This document shows positions 35,557 to 44,374 of a stretch of 64,000 bases of DNA, piece by piece. The position numbers and the translations under genes were made by a program. This DNA comes from a virus, in IMG/VR virus record IMGVR_UViG_3300042197_004429, positions 32,001 to 96,000 of that record, one strand, 5' to 3'. Numbering within the stretch: position 1 is the stretch's first letter; every line of letters begins with the position of its first letter. The notes beneath the pieces are model-generated. The model searched no databases. It saw only the letters and a list, made by a program, of their open reading frames with translations, and was not told where the DNA came from.

Positions 35557-37733
35557 TTGAAAAAACTATCTGAGTAATGATCTGCTGTGCGTCTGGCAAT
35601 TTCTTTGCCAATCTCTGGTCCTGGTTTTGTTAGACCTAAATCTCTTTGTATTTCTTGACCACTTAAAATTGGTGGTTCGTAATCGCCAAGATGAGACAAA
35701 TGATCTGAATCTACTTCGTGTCCTATCATTGGGTGAAAGCCACGTATTAACTCTTTTCTGAAATCGGGGTTTTTCTTTGAAAAAGATGTAGCATGTTGGC
35801 TTATATTTTGTGGTGTGGGATTTTGTAGTATAGACCAAGTTTGCATTAAAAAAGCAACTTCGTCAACTATGTCATTTGGCCAATTTAATTTATTTAGTTT
35901 ATTTCTAACTTCTTGAGGCGTACCGGATTTTCTCAAGAGTGTCGCAAGAGTTAGGATAACTTTCTTTTTGTTATGGTTTTTTTCAATTTTATCTTGTTCT
36001 TTTGCTTCTAAGCCAGAAACATTCGGCAGACTTGGAAGATTTGCTAGGTGATCAACCGCTTCCATGTCTAAAACCAATCCAGGAAACATATAAGGCAATG
36101 CTCCTATAGATTCAAATCCATGTAAAATAACCTTTGGATCTCTTGCCTTCAACAACGCTGCCACAAACTCTGCTTGTATTCTCTCGGGGGAAACCCCTTC
36201 AAGAGTGCTAAATTTTTTCATGGCTTCAAAAGTTTCTGGGTCAACGATGTCTTTTAAATTTTCTTTGTTGAATATTCCATGAAATCTAACCCCTCTTAAA
36301 ACTCTAAGTCGGTCTTCGCCAAAACGATCTTCTGCACTCCCGACCGGCCTGATCTTTTTTTGTTTAATGTCTTTAAGTCCTTGCCCTTTGCCGTAATCAA
36401 TTATTGTTCCTTGTCCCCCAAATTCATTTGGCATCTCATAGTATAAAGCATTTATGGTAAAGTCTCTGCGACGATAATCATTCTTTGCATCAGATGGTTT
36501 TACTGTGTCTGGTCTTCTGTTGTCGGAGTAGCCTGATTCTTCACGAAATGTTGCTATCTCATATTCTATTTTGTCTATAACTGCTGAGATTACTCCAAAA
36601 GATTCGCCTTTTGCAATAGGTTCTATGCCCATGTTGATTAGCACTTGTTTAACTTCGTCAGAGGTTGCATTTGTGGCAAAATCTACGTCTTTAATTTTAA
36701 ATGGCACATCATGAAATTGACTCATAAGATAATCACGAACTGTTCCGCCAACTATATAAATTGTGAATCCTGCGCTCTTAAAATTATCGGATATCAATTG
36801 AGCGCCTTTTTGAAATTTTCCAAGAGGAATGTTTGCCTCCATCGTGGAAGGTTTATCCTCCTCAGATTCGAAAAATACTTTGAATTTCATCCGTGATTCG
36901 CCCAGAAGTTGTGTGATCTCTGTGTCGGTTAAATTTGGAAATCGCCCTCGTAAAGCCGACCGGATTATTTCATTGGGTTTTCCTTTTTCACGCATACTAG
37001 AAACAAAACCAACTGGATCGCTAGACATTGGCTTACTTGCACGAGAGGCTATTTTGTCAAGATCTTGTTTATACATAGATGCCGTTGCATCTATGCCCTC
37101 CAAACCTCTCGCTGCTGCTGATGTGTTACCTTGAGCAAATTGCTTGGCTTTCTGCCAAGGAATTCCACTTTCTCCTCCACGACCCATGCGGTCCATTAAC
37201 AAAAATACCAATAGTAATTTAATTTTACGGTCAGGTTTGTATTTTCCTTGATCATCTAGTATTTCTTTTTTTAAAGATTTATTTTGAAAACCCTCTTTGT
37301 CTTTGAGACTCATATGATACTTGATAACCCACCACAGATCGTCCTTATCAGATTGGTTGGATTGGCTATACATTTGATGCCATATTGGTCCCAATCTTTG
37401 CATGGCTTTTTCAAAGTTTTCTGGATCTTCATGACCATGGGCACTCAACTTCACAGGGTCTAATGTGTCTCCCTTGCCTATGTCGTGCAATAAACCAGCA
37501 AGACGCAATATGTTCATATCCTCTGAAGCGAAACTTAAATCTAGATTGGAAAGTGGACCACTTGGGTCATTTTTTTGTTTTTCTTGTAAAATTTTTATTG
37601 CTGGTTCTAGAGACGAACGCACCATCATGGTGTGACGATCCACGCCCCCCTCAGGATGATGCTTGGGGTTTTGAGGCACTTTTAATTGTTGTCTAAGTGA
37701 AGACTCAGATAGCCATTCATTAAAACATTTCAT
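35529..37733 (-). CDS. cca: HD domain + class II CCA-adding enzyme/tRNA nucleotidyltransferase fusion (HD N-terminal)
   Basis: HD: PQNPKHHPEG..HT...LLHDIGK; NTase: VGGTVRD, DVDFAT, RRDFTINAL, FGEDRLRVLRGVRF, VSPERI. Confidence 0.9.
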   Translation of the reverse strand: MKCFNEWLSESSLRQQLKVPQNPKHHPEGGVDRHTMMVRSSLEPAIKILQEKQKNDPSGPLSNLDLSFASEDMNILRLAGLLHDIGKGDTLDPVKLSAHGHEDPENFEKAMQRLGPIWHQMYSQSNQSDKDDLWWVIKYHMSLKDKEGFQNKSLKKEILDDQGKYKPDRKIKLLLVFLLMDRMGRGGESGIPWQKAKQFAQGNTSAAARGLEGIDATASMYKQDLDKIASRASKPMSSDPVGFVSSMREKGKPNEIIRSALRGRFPNLTDTEITQLLGESRMKFKVFFESEEDKPSTMEANIPLGKFQKGAQLISDNFKSAGFTIYIVGGTVRDYLMSQFHDVPFKIKDVDFATNATSDEVKQVLINMGIEPIAKGESFGVISAVIDKIEYEIATFREESGYSDNRRPDTVKPSDAKNDYRRRDFTINALYYEMPNEFGGQGTIIDYGKGQGLKDIKQKKIRPVGSAEDRFGEDRLRVLRGVRFHGIFNKENLKDIVDPETFEAMKKFSTLEGVSPERIQAEFVAALLKARDPKVILHGFESIGALPYMFPGLVLDMEAVDHLANLPSLPNVSGLEAKEQDKIEKNHNKKKVILTLATLLRKSGTPQEVRNKLNKLNWPNDIVDEVAFLMQTWSILQNPTPQNISQHATSFSKKNPDFRKELIRGFHPMIGHEVDSDHLSHLGDYEPPILSGQEIQRDLGLTKPGPEIGKEIARRTADHYSDSFFKWKNRPPMA

Positions 37734-37800
37734 ATTATTATTTAGTTTTTTGTTTTAAAATTAAAGACTGCTAATATCCATACATATTTTTGATTTTAAA

Positions 37801-38097
37801 TTGGAGAACTATATGGCTATAAAAGTTAAAAATGACAATTTAGTCTCTACGTATGACCTAAGATTGCCTCACCCCGATATTGTTGACATGATGAATGATC
37901 CTCATGTTTTAATTGAGGGTGGTAATGTTGCCAACAATCAAGTTTTTGAAATAGTTGTTCGAAAATCTAACGGCACCGAGGTTTCCTTCAACAAAACAAT
38001 AGACCCAACAGACACTTTGATTATAAGGTACAAAAAGGTTACAATAACTGAGGTTGCTAATAATTTGGGTGATGTTGATGTTTTGCCCGTTACTTGA
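37801..38097 (+). CDS. Hypothetical protein
   Basis: GGAG SD before ATG. Confidence 0.6.
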   Translation: MENYMAIKVKNDNLVSTYDLRLPHPDIVDMMNDPHVLIEGGNVANNQVFEIVVRKSNGTEVSFNKTIDPTDTLIIRYKKVTITEVANNLGDVDVLPVT

Positions 38098-38100
38098 GAT

Positions 38101-38295
38101 ATGTTATTTTTAGATATGTTACTTTTAGTATTTTCGGTATGTTTATTTGTGTATTTTATTGAGTGTTATGTGTTTTTAACACAAAATAATTCTCATAATG
38201 TTTTAAACAATATTAATCATTATATCGCAAATGATTATCCATTAAAAAATAAAGAATCGAATAAAAACATAAATTGGAAAAAAGAGGGCTTTTAA
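38101..38295 (+). CDS. Small TM protein
   Basis: TM N-terminus; ends INWKKEGF. Confidence 0.6.
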   Translation: MLFLDMLLLVFSVCLFVYFIECYVFLTQNNSHNVLNNINHYIANDYPLKNKESNKNINWKKEGF

Positions 38296-38921
38296 TGACT
38301 TTAACATTACAACAAAGAAAATGTTTAGTATTGAACAAAAATTGGAGACCGATTTCTGCAATCGGACTTGATGATGCTATTTGTAAATTATTTTGTGAGT
38401 ACTCTGATGGTACTCCCAAGGCGACAATAATAGAACCTAAGACTTATCAAACTTTCACTTGGGCAGATTGGAGTCGATTAGAGCCTATTGAAAACGAAGA
38501 CAGAATTTATACTAGTTCATATAGTTTTAAAATTCCAGAAATTATATTGTTGAGTCGATATGAAAAATTACCAAAGCCAAAAGTTCATTTTTCCAGAAGA
38601 AATTTATATAAAAGAGACGCCAATCAATGTCAATATTGCGGTTGTAAACCAGGAACAGAGGAACTAACAATAGAACACGTTGTTCCTAGATCTCATGGTG
38701 GTGAAACAACTTGGGAAAATTGCGTTATCGCCTGTGTCTCCTGCAATAGACGAAAAGCAGACAGAACACCAGATCAAGCAGGAATGAAACTTTTAAAGCA
38801 TCCAAAAAAACCAGAGGGACACTCGTTTAGATTTAGCGATTGTAAGCCTGTAAAGTCCTGGCAAGCCTTTCTGGGTCAGGCTTATTGGCTTGTTGAATTA
38901 GAAAATAAAAATATTGATTAG
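38295..38921 (+). CDS. HNH endonuclease
   Basis: CLVLN, FSRRNLYKRD..CQYCG, LTIEHVVPRSHGG..WENCVIACVSCN..K. Confidence 0.9.
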   Translation: MTLTLQQRKCLVLNKNWRPISAIGLDDAICKLFCEYSDGTPKATIIEPKTYQTFTWADWSRLEPIENEDRIYTSSYSFKIPEIILLSRYEKLPKPKVHFSRRNLYKRDANQCQYCGCKPGTEELTIEHVVPRSHGGETTWENCVIACVSCNRRKADRTPDQAGMKLLKHPKKPEGHSFRFSDCKPVKSWQAFLGQAYWLVELENKNID

Positions 38922-38930
38922 GAGAAAATT

Positions 38931-39077
38931 ATGAGTGCTTGGCTTATTCTTGTAACTGGCTTGATTTACGCTTATGTTGCTTTAGAGCAATTATACAAAG
39001 GAAATACTGGTATGTTTATAGCATATAGTGGATATAGTTTTTCAAATATCGGTTTGTATATGCTGGCTTCCAAGTGA
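38931..39077 (+). CDS. Small membrane protein (not in ORF track)
   Basis: AGGAG SD; MSAWLILVTGLIYAYVA...GYSFSNIGLYMLASK. Confidence 0.7.
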   Translation: MSAWLILVTGLIYAYVALEQLYKGNTGMFIAYSGYSFSNIGLYMLASK

Positions 39078-39222
39078 ATTACTTGTTGTCCGGTACTCAA
39101 AACTTACAAAAATCTACAAGTAGGTTTTTTGTTTGATTCTGGTTTCTACGACGATCACCTGTTGATTTCTCAACATGAACCTTATCATCTACACCAGCGT
39201 TAATTCCCGTGTACCTCACGGT
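39074..39222 (-). ncRNA. TnpB omegaRNA (scaffold 39222-39090, guide ~39089-39074)
   Basis: CCGTG/CACGG hairpin, CTGGT/ACCAG enclosing GTTGA-GAAA-TCAAC; overlaps the tnpB 3' end. Confidence 0.7.
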
Positions 39223-40302
39223 ATATAATTCTAAATTTTTTGCTGCGTTAAAATCACGGTCAATTTCTAATCCGCAATTGTAGCAAGAATAAGTTCTATC
39301 CGCAAGGGTCAAGTCCTCTTTCTTGTTTCCACAATAAGAACATAACTTTGAACTTGCATAAAACCTATCAGCAACAATTAATTCCTTGCCGTACCAAGAA
39401 CATTTATATTCTAATTGTCTTCTGAATTCATAGAATCCAATATTTGCAATTGATTTGGCTAAATTGTGATTCTTTAACATTCCGTTTACATTCAAATCTT
39501 CAATAACAATTTTATTGTTTGATTTGGTTTTCACCAAACAAGATGTTGTTTTATGAAGAATATCTTTTCTGTGGTTGCTAATATTAAAATGAACCTTTGC
39601 TATCTTTTCTTTCGTTTTTTTTCTTGAATTGCTATCTTTTTGTTGACGAGATAATTTTCGTTGTAATCTCTTTAACTGTTTTTCTTTGTTTTTTAGTTTT
39701 TTTGATGATTCAAATATTTCACCATCACTTGTGATTGCAAGGTGTTTAATTCCTAAATCAACGCCAACAACTTTATTTTCATATTGTTTTTGTTCTGTCT
39801 CTACTTCGTATCGTATTGAGACGAACCATCTGTTTGCTCTTAAAGATATAGTTGCTGATTTAGGCTTGCCTTCTGGGATATAATCATGTTCTTTTAAGTT
39901 TACCCAACCAATTTTTGGCAACTTAATCTTATTGTTTTTCAAAATTATTGGAGCGTCAAGTGTGAATGAATCTTTTTGTCCTTTTTTCTTGAATTTAGGA
40001 AAAGCATTTTGTTTTTTGAAAAACTTCTTATACGCAGTCTCAAGGTTTCTGAGTGAGTTTTGTGGACACCACTTGCTTATTTCTTTAATCCACTTGAATT
40101 CATCGTTCTTTTTAGCGACCAAAATCTTGTGTAATGTAATTGCCGAGGGCTTAATTTTCTTTTCTAATTTATAATCTTCTTGCAACAGAGCCAACGCCCA
40201 GTTATAAACAAATCTTGCAGTTCCAGCATATTGTTTGAATAGTGTTTTTTGTTTATTGTTAGGTTTTAGTTCTATTTTGAAGGATTTATAAATCATTTGC
40301 AA
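39097..40302 (-). CDS. tnpB: TnpB RNA-guided endonuclease
   Basis: VGVDLGIK (RuvC-I), IVIEDLNV (RuvC-II), CSYCG/CYNCG zinc finger, DRDFNAAKN (RuvC-III). Confidence 0.95.
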   Translation of the reverse strand: MQMIYKSFKIELKPNNKQKTLFKQYAGTARFVYNWALALLQEDYKLEKKIKPSAITLHKILVAKKNDEFKWIKEISKWCPQNSLRNLETAYKKFFKKQNAFPKFKKKGQKDSFTLDAPIILKNNKIKLPKIGWVNLKEHDYIPEGKPKSATISLRANRWFVSIRYEVETEQKQYENKVVGVDLGIKHLAITSDGEIFESSKKLKNKEKQLKRLQRKLSRQQKDSNSRKKTKEKIAKVHFNISNHRKDILHKTTSCLVKTKSNNKIVIEDLNVNGMLKNHNLAKSIANIGFYEFRRQLEYKCSWYGKELIVADRFYASSKLCSYCGNKKEDLTLADRTYSCYNCGLEIDRDFNAAKNLELYTVRYTGINAGVDDKVHVEKSTGDRRRNQNQTKNLLVDFCKF

Positions 40303-40916
40303 GTTTCCTTCTTTTTACGATTTTTAGCAGCCCTTCTACTGTATATTTTTGCAGAGAAAGATGCCATTAAAGAAAGAATATCTTCTACTAATTCTTGTTC
40401 ATAAGACTTACCCAAAACCTCTTCTGTCCATATTACATTGACTCCATGCGATTCAAAAAATTTAACAAGATAATCAAACATGAATCTTGTTAATCTATCT
40501 TTGTGTTCAATCAAAACTATATCAATTTGCTTGTTGATGGCTAAGTCCATCATCTTATGAAGTTTTGGTCTTTTATCATTCATGCCCGAAGCAACCTCAG
40601 ATATTATTGAAACTATCACTAGTTTTCTTTTAACTGCCTCTGATGAAAGTCTACTTACTTGTCTATCTAAGTCTCCGTGTTGTTTTTGTTCTCCTGTTGA
40701 TACACGGGCATATATTGCACAACGGTTTTTGACTGTATTTATATCTATAGGACAATCATCACCCGCCAAGGCGTTAATGTCTTCTTGTCTATATCTCCTG
40801 TGTCCCCCGGCAGTGTAGATTGCTTTTATTTTTCCTTGCTTTTCCCATTTTCTCAAAGAATTTTGAGAAGAATGAAGTTGTTCGGCAGCCTTTTTAATTG
40901 GTATAAGTTTGCTCAT
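40293..40916 (-). CDS. tnpA: IS607 TnpA serine recombinase
   Basis: N-terminal MerR-like HTH (TAGGHRRY), YARVST, SGMNDKRPKL, EHKDRLTRF, EDILSLMASFSAKIYSRR. Confidence 0.95.
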   Translation of the reverse strand: MSKLIPIKKAAEQLHSSQNSLRKWEKQGKIKAIYTAGGHRRYRQEDINALAGDDCPIDINTVKNRCAIYARVSTGEQKQHGDLDRQVSRLSSEAVKRKLVIVSIISEVASGMNDKRPKLHKMMDLAINKQIDIVLIEHKDRLTRFMFDYLVKFFESHGVNVIWTEEVLGKSYEQELVEDILSLMASFSAKIYSRRAAKNRKKKETCK

Positions 40917-41068
40917 TCCAACAACTCCTTTTGTTGAAACAATCTAAACCATTGATCGTAAATCTCTTGAAATTCTTCTATAGATGGAATTTCCTCAAGT
41001 TCAAAAGGAATAGGGTGTATTACCCCGTCTTCTGTTTCAAATTCTGTTTTTGTAATTTTGACGATCAT
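40913..41068 (-). CDS. Small acidic accessory ORF inside IS607 (not in ORF track)
   Basis: 51 aa MIVKITKTEFETEDG...QKELLE; ATGA overlap with tnpA. Confidence 0.65.
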   Translation of the reverse strand: MIVKITKTEFETEDGVIHPIPFELEEIPSIEEFQEIYDQWFRLFQQKELLE

Positions 41069-41112
41069 TTTTGGTTTTCTCAAATGAATCCTACCTTTCT
41101 ATATAGTAGTTC

Positions 41113-41140
41113 ATTATAAAAAAATTATAAAATTTGTCAA
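41113..41140 (-). promoter_or_regulatory. sigma70 promoter in IS607 left end
   Basis: TTGACA-16 nt-TATAAT. Confidence 0.75.
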
Positions 41141-41168
41141 ACAATTGTAAATTTTTGTAGAATTTACT

Positions 41169-43007
41169 CTATCTGTTTCCATCCCAGTAATCCAATAATC
41201 CCAAAACATCTTGCCAATCCACTGATTCTTTTGGATAATCGCCTGGATTGCCAAACAAAGGACGATCTTCTTCTCGTCTTTTTTGTGCTGCCTTGAGTCT
41301 GGCCATTTGAGTGCTTAACTTGCTTCCGTACATGCTTCCGGCTGGCGTTCCATCATCGCTTCTGTCTACTTCAGCCAATTCGTCTTTGGTTTTGACATAG
41401 ACTCTTGTTTTTGGATCTGTGATATCGGCACCTTTTTCAACTTTGAAAAAGTTAAACGGTCTTTGGTATGCTTGAACCATCTCTGGTCCATCTTCTCTGC
41501 CGATACCAGAAGAGGTGCTTCTGTTGGGATTTCCCAACTCAAAACTGCTTCTTTTTCTTGTTGGGTTTCTTAAAGGTTGCTGACCACGAGGTCTGCCGCC
41601 CATTGGTTGCTCTTCTGCTTTTTTGCGTGTTCTTGAAACTTTTATCATATAAGAAACCGCAGCCAAATCAGATTCATCTACTAGTTTTCTTTCAAGGCCA
41701 CCCCTTAGTCCACCGTCTACTAAACTTGTTAGTTTTTCTGCCAGTGCTTCGATTGTTCCTTTAAATCCTTGAACTCTTTCTAGTTGTTTTTCAAACTTCA
41801 AGGCACGAACAATCACAGGAATCATGTCAGGGTTGGATTCTGAAGGTGCAGCAAGAGCTTGTCTGTAAGTGATGTTGTACTCTGGTTCTTCGCCTTCTCT
41901 TGATATTCTCAACAAACTAAGAACATATCTGAATACTTTTTGAAAGTCCACAGCGGCCATAACAAGTTCTTGAACTTTGCTTGTTCTTTCTTTTGCTGCT
42001 TCGCCTCTTGATCCTTCTAGGGACACTTCAAACTCCCCAGTTTTGATTGCTTCTTTCGGACCATCCGCACTATTGTATGTTTGCAAGTCTACTTCTTTGT
42101 TGTTGACAAAGTATAATGTTTTAACTGGCGGCATCACATAAGGCATGTTTAATTCTTCTATGGCAAGACGAGTGTAAAAACTGTACGCTGTGCCTCTTAA
42201 AGCTCCATTATAAAATTCTAAATTCTCAGCTACTCTGCTGAATTCACTTTGAGAAAGTGGTTTGCTTCTAGATTTGGCAATTGCCACGTTGGGATCTGGG
42301 CCTTTTGGTGTGTTTTGTGCGATTGCGTCTTTGTCCAATTCAACTGGGTTGGCAGTATCGCTTCCTTGATCTTCTTCACCTTCGGCTGGAAGTGCATCCT
42401 CTATTGCTTCTTCTACGCTTGAATAAACACTTCTTGGATCAGTTTTTCTTGCTTTGTCATTTAAGTAAGAGAAGAGATCTGTTTCCACGCCTTTTTCTTT
42501 GTCGTTTGTTTCTTCCCCTGTATTTGGATCAACCAATACTTTTTCCGCTTGCAACATGATGGCAATTTTTTTTACACTTTTTGTTTTTTTTCTTGCGTTT
42601 AAAACTAAATTCGTAAAGCGGTCCCAGGCTTGTTGATATTTTTTTAAGTTCTCTGTGCGTTGAAGTTCCGCTATGGCTGCTGCTTTTTTCTCTTGTTGCT
42701 TCGCCAGTTCTTTTTCACTACGTTGGTCAACCTGTGATTGAACCAAAGGATCCACTTCTCTTGAAGGTTTTGATGGCTCCTTCATCTGCTCCAGTTCTTC
42801 TGGCGTGTAGTCCACCCATTTTCCATTCACAACTCTGCCTGAATTATGACTGCGAATTGTTCCAGATTCTGGATGAGGATTTTCTTTTGAATATTGAGGC
42901 TTTGGCTCAACTGCTGGCTCAACTGTTGCGTTTGGTTCTACGCCTGCGTCTTTAACAGTTGATTTTTTTGCTTCTAACAATCCCAACATTTCAAAAAAAG
43001 ATAACAT
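41169..43007 (-). CDS. Large hypothetical protein, CTS-like N-terminus; last codons supplied by IS607
   Basis: GAGGAG SD; MLSFFEMLGLLE; 612 aa. Confidence 0.75.
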   Translation of the reverse strand: MLSFFEMLGLLEAKKSTVKDAGVEPNATVEPAVEPKPQYSKENPHPESGTIRSHNSGRVVNGKWVDYTPEELEQMKEPSKPSREVDPLVQSQVDQRSEKELAKQQEKKAAAIAELQRTENLKKYQQAWDRFTNLVLNARKKTKSVKKIAIMLQAEKVLVDPNTGEETNDKEKGVETDLFSYLNDKARKTDPRSVYSSVEEAIEDALPAEGEEDQGSDTANPVELDKDAIAQNTPKGPDPNVAIAKSRSKPLSQSEFSRVAENLEFYNGALRGTAYSFYTRLAIEELNMPYVMPPVKTLYFVNNKEVDLQTYNSADGPKEAIKTGEFEVSLEGSRGEAAKERTSKVQELVMAAVDFQKVFRYVLSLLRISREGEEPEYNITYRQALAAPSESNPDMIPVIVRALKFEKQLERVQGFKGTIEALAEKLTSLVDGGLRGGLERKLVDESDLAAVSYMIKVSRTRKKAEEQPMGGRPRGQQPLRNPTRKRSSFELGNPNRSTSSGIGREDGPEMVQAYQRPFNFFKVEKGADITDPKTRVYVKTKDELAEVDRSDDGTPAGSMYGSKLSTQMARLKAAQKRREEDRPLFGNPGDYPKESVDWQDVLGLLDYWDGNR

Positions 43008-43055
43008 TTCTCATCTCCTCAAATATTTTAATATTTTAAGTTATATATAATCCAA

Positions 43056-43439
43056 ATGAAAAGTTTTAATGAATATAAATCAGGAAATAACCTGGGTTCT
43101 TTTTTTGGAAAATCATTCGCTGTAAGACAAAATGCTCATATTTTGCACCTATCTTCCAAAAGTTACGCTGAACATAAGGCTTTAGGCTCATTTTATGAAC
43201 AACTAACAGATCTTATGGATCAACTGATTGAAACATATCAAGGTCAATATGGCTTGGTTGAAGTTGATGTATCTACTTCAAAAGAAAAGAATGCAATTTC
43301 TCTTTTGAATGATTTTGCTGAAGAAGCAATGAATTCTCGTGATTTGTTTGATAAAAAAGACACTCATTTACATAATATTTTAGATGAAATATTGAGTTTA
43401 ACTTACCAAACTCTTTATAAATTAAAATTTCTCAAATAA
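43056..43439 (+). CDS. Ferritin/Dps-like four-helix protein (DUF5856-like), CTS-like N-terminus
   Basis: MKSFNEY; AHILHL.SKSYAEHKALGSFYE...D.LIETYQGQYG...NILDEI..L...TLYKLKFL. Confidence 0.75.
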   Translation: MKSFNEYKSGNNLGSFFGKSFAVRQNAHILHLSSKSYAEHKALGSFYEQLTDLMDQLIETYQGQYGLVEVDVSTSKEKNAISLLNDFAEEAMNSRDLFDKKDTHLHNILDEILSLTYQTLYKLKFLK

Positions 43440-44373
43440 TATGTAGGCCATTTATTAATTTCATTAATTCATAATGGCCTTTTTCATTTTTTATCCACTC
43501 CAAATAGTCTGCATTTTCAAGCAGACTAAATCTTTTATTTTCAAAATAGTTCAGATTTTTTTCACCGAAAATATTAATTAGGTCGTGTTGGTTTAGTATT
43601 TTTGTAATTTTTTCATAAAATTCTTTAATCATTAAACACAACAAGCCCCTTGAATGATTTTCTTCACAAGTCGGGCTGGGCACATAAGATCCATTTCCGT
43701 GAAAAACTTTTACTTTATTAATTTTTGATTGACAAAGATTTCGACTTGTGGCGTGTTCTTCAACACAAATGAAATTAAAAAGATCCGGGTGTTTGTTTTT
43801 CATGTAGCCCAAAACCATCTCATCCCAAACTTCATACCAATCGTCATATCCAATATATTTCTTCATAGACTGTCTGGTTTCATTGGAGTGTATGGCTTCT
43901 ATTGTGTATTTTTTAAATAAATCAAAGAATTGTTTGTATTTTTCTTCATTTGGATTGAAATAAAAATAGCCTGTGTTCCAGCCGTCGTAGCAAAAACGGT
44001 TTGTTGGCTTTTCTAAAGGAAGTGGATTATTAAAGAAAAAAACGTCAGAGTCCACGTAAATTACATCGCCAATATATTTGTTGCTTTCGCACCAATTGTG
44101 AACATCAAAAATTCTTGATAAATGTTTGTATCCTTTTACCAAACTTGAGTATTGCTCAAGAAAAAACTCAGTTTTAATTACTTGAAAATTTAATTTTTCT
44201 TGTAGATGACTCCAATGATGTGGTCTATGCGGACTGCAATCTAAAACTACAATATCAACATCCGAAACACTTCGTAGTGTTGCTATAGAAGGAACCACAC
44301 TGGTTCTTAAATTCTTATAAGGATCGGGTTCGTGATCAAGTGACCAACAATGGTAAATCGCTGTTGTTTTCAA
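43432..44373 (-). CDS. GT-A glycosyltransferase-like protein
   Basis: IYVDSDVFF, WNTGYFYF, DE. Confidence 0.65.
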   Translation of the reverse strand: MKTTAIYHCWSLDHEPDPYKNLRTSVVPSIATLRSVSDVDIVVLDCSPHRPHHWSHLQEKLNFQVIKTEFFLEQYSSLVKGYKHLSRIFDVHNWCESNKYIGDVIYVDSDVFFFNNPLPLEKPTNRFCYDGWNTGYFYFNPNEEKYKQFFDLFKKYTIEAIHSNETRQSMKKYIGYDDWYEVWDEMVLGYMKNKHPDLFNFICVEEHATSRNLCQSKINKVKVFHGNGSYVPSPTCEENHSRGLLCLMIKEFYEKITKILNQHDLINIFGEKNLNYFENKRFSLLENADYLEWIKNEKGHYELMKLINGLHII

Positions 44374-44374
44374 A

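Larger units (their letters stand above)
39090..41184 (-). mobile_element. IS607-family insertion sequence (orfX-tnpA-tnpB)
   Basis: Serine recombinase + TnpB; right end ...GAGTACCGG; left flank TACTGGG; the empty site gives TAC TGG GAC AAC AAG TAA, a stop 1 nt from the convergent gene stop. Confidence 0.85.

Noticed and set aside
39090-41184. IStron (group I intron fused to IS607)
   Set aside because: The left end is short and occupied by a promoter and a micro-ORF; no group I core elements are seen.
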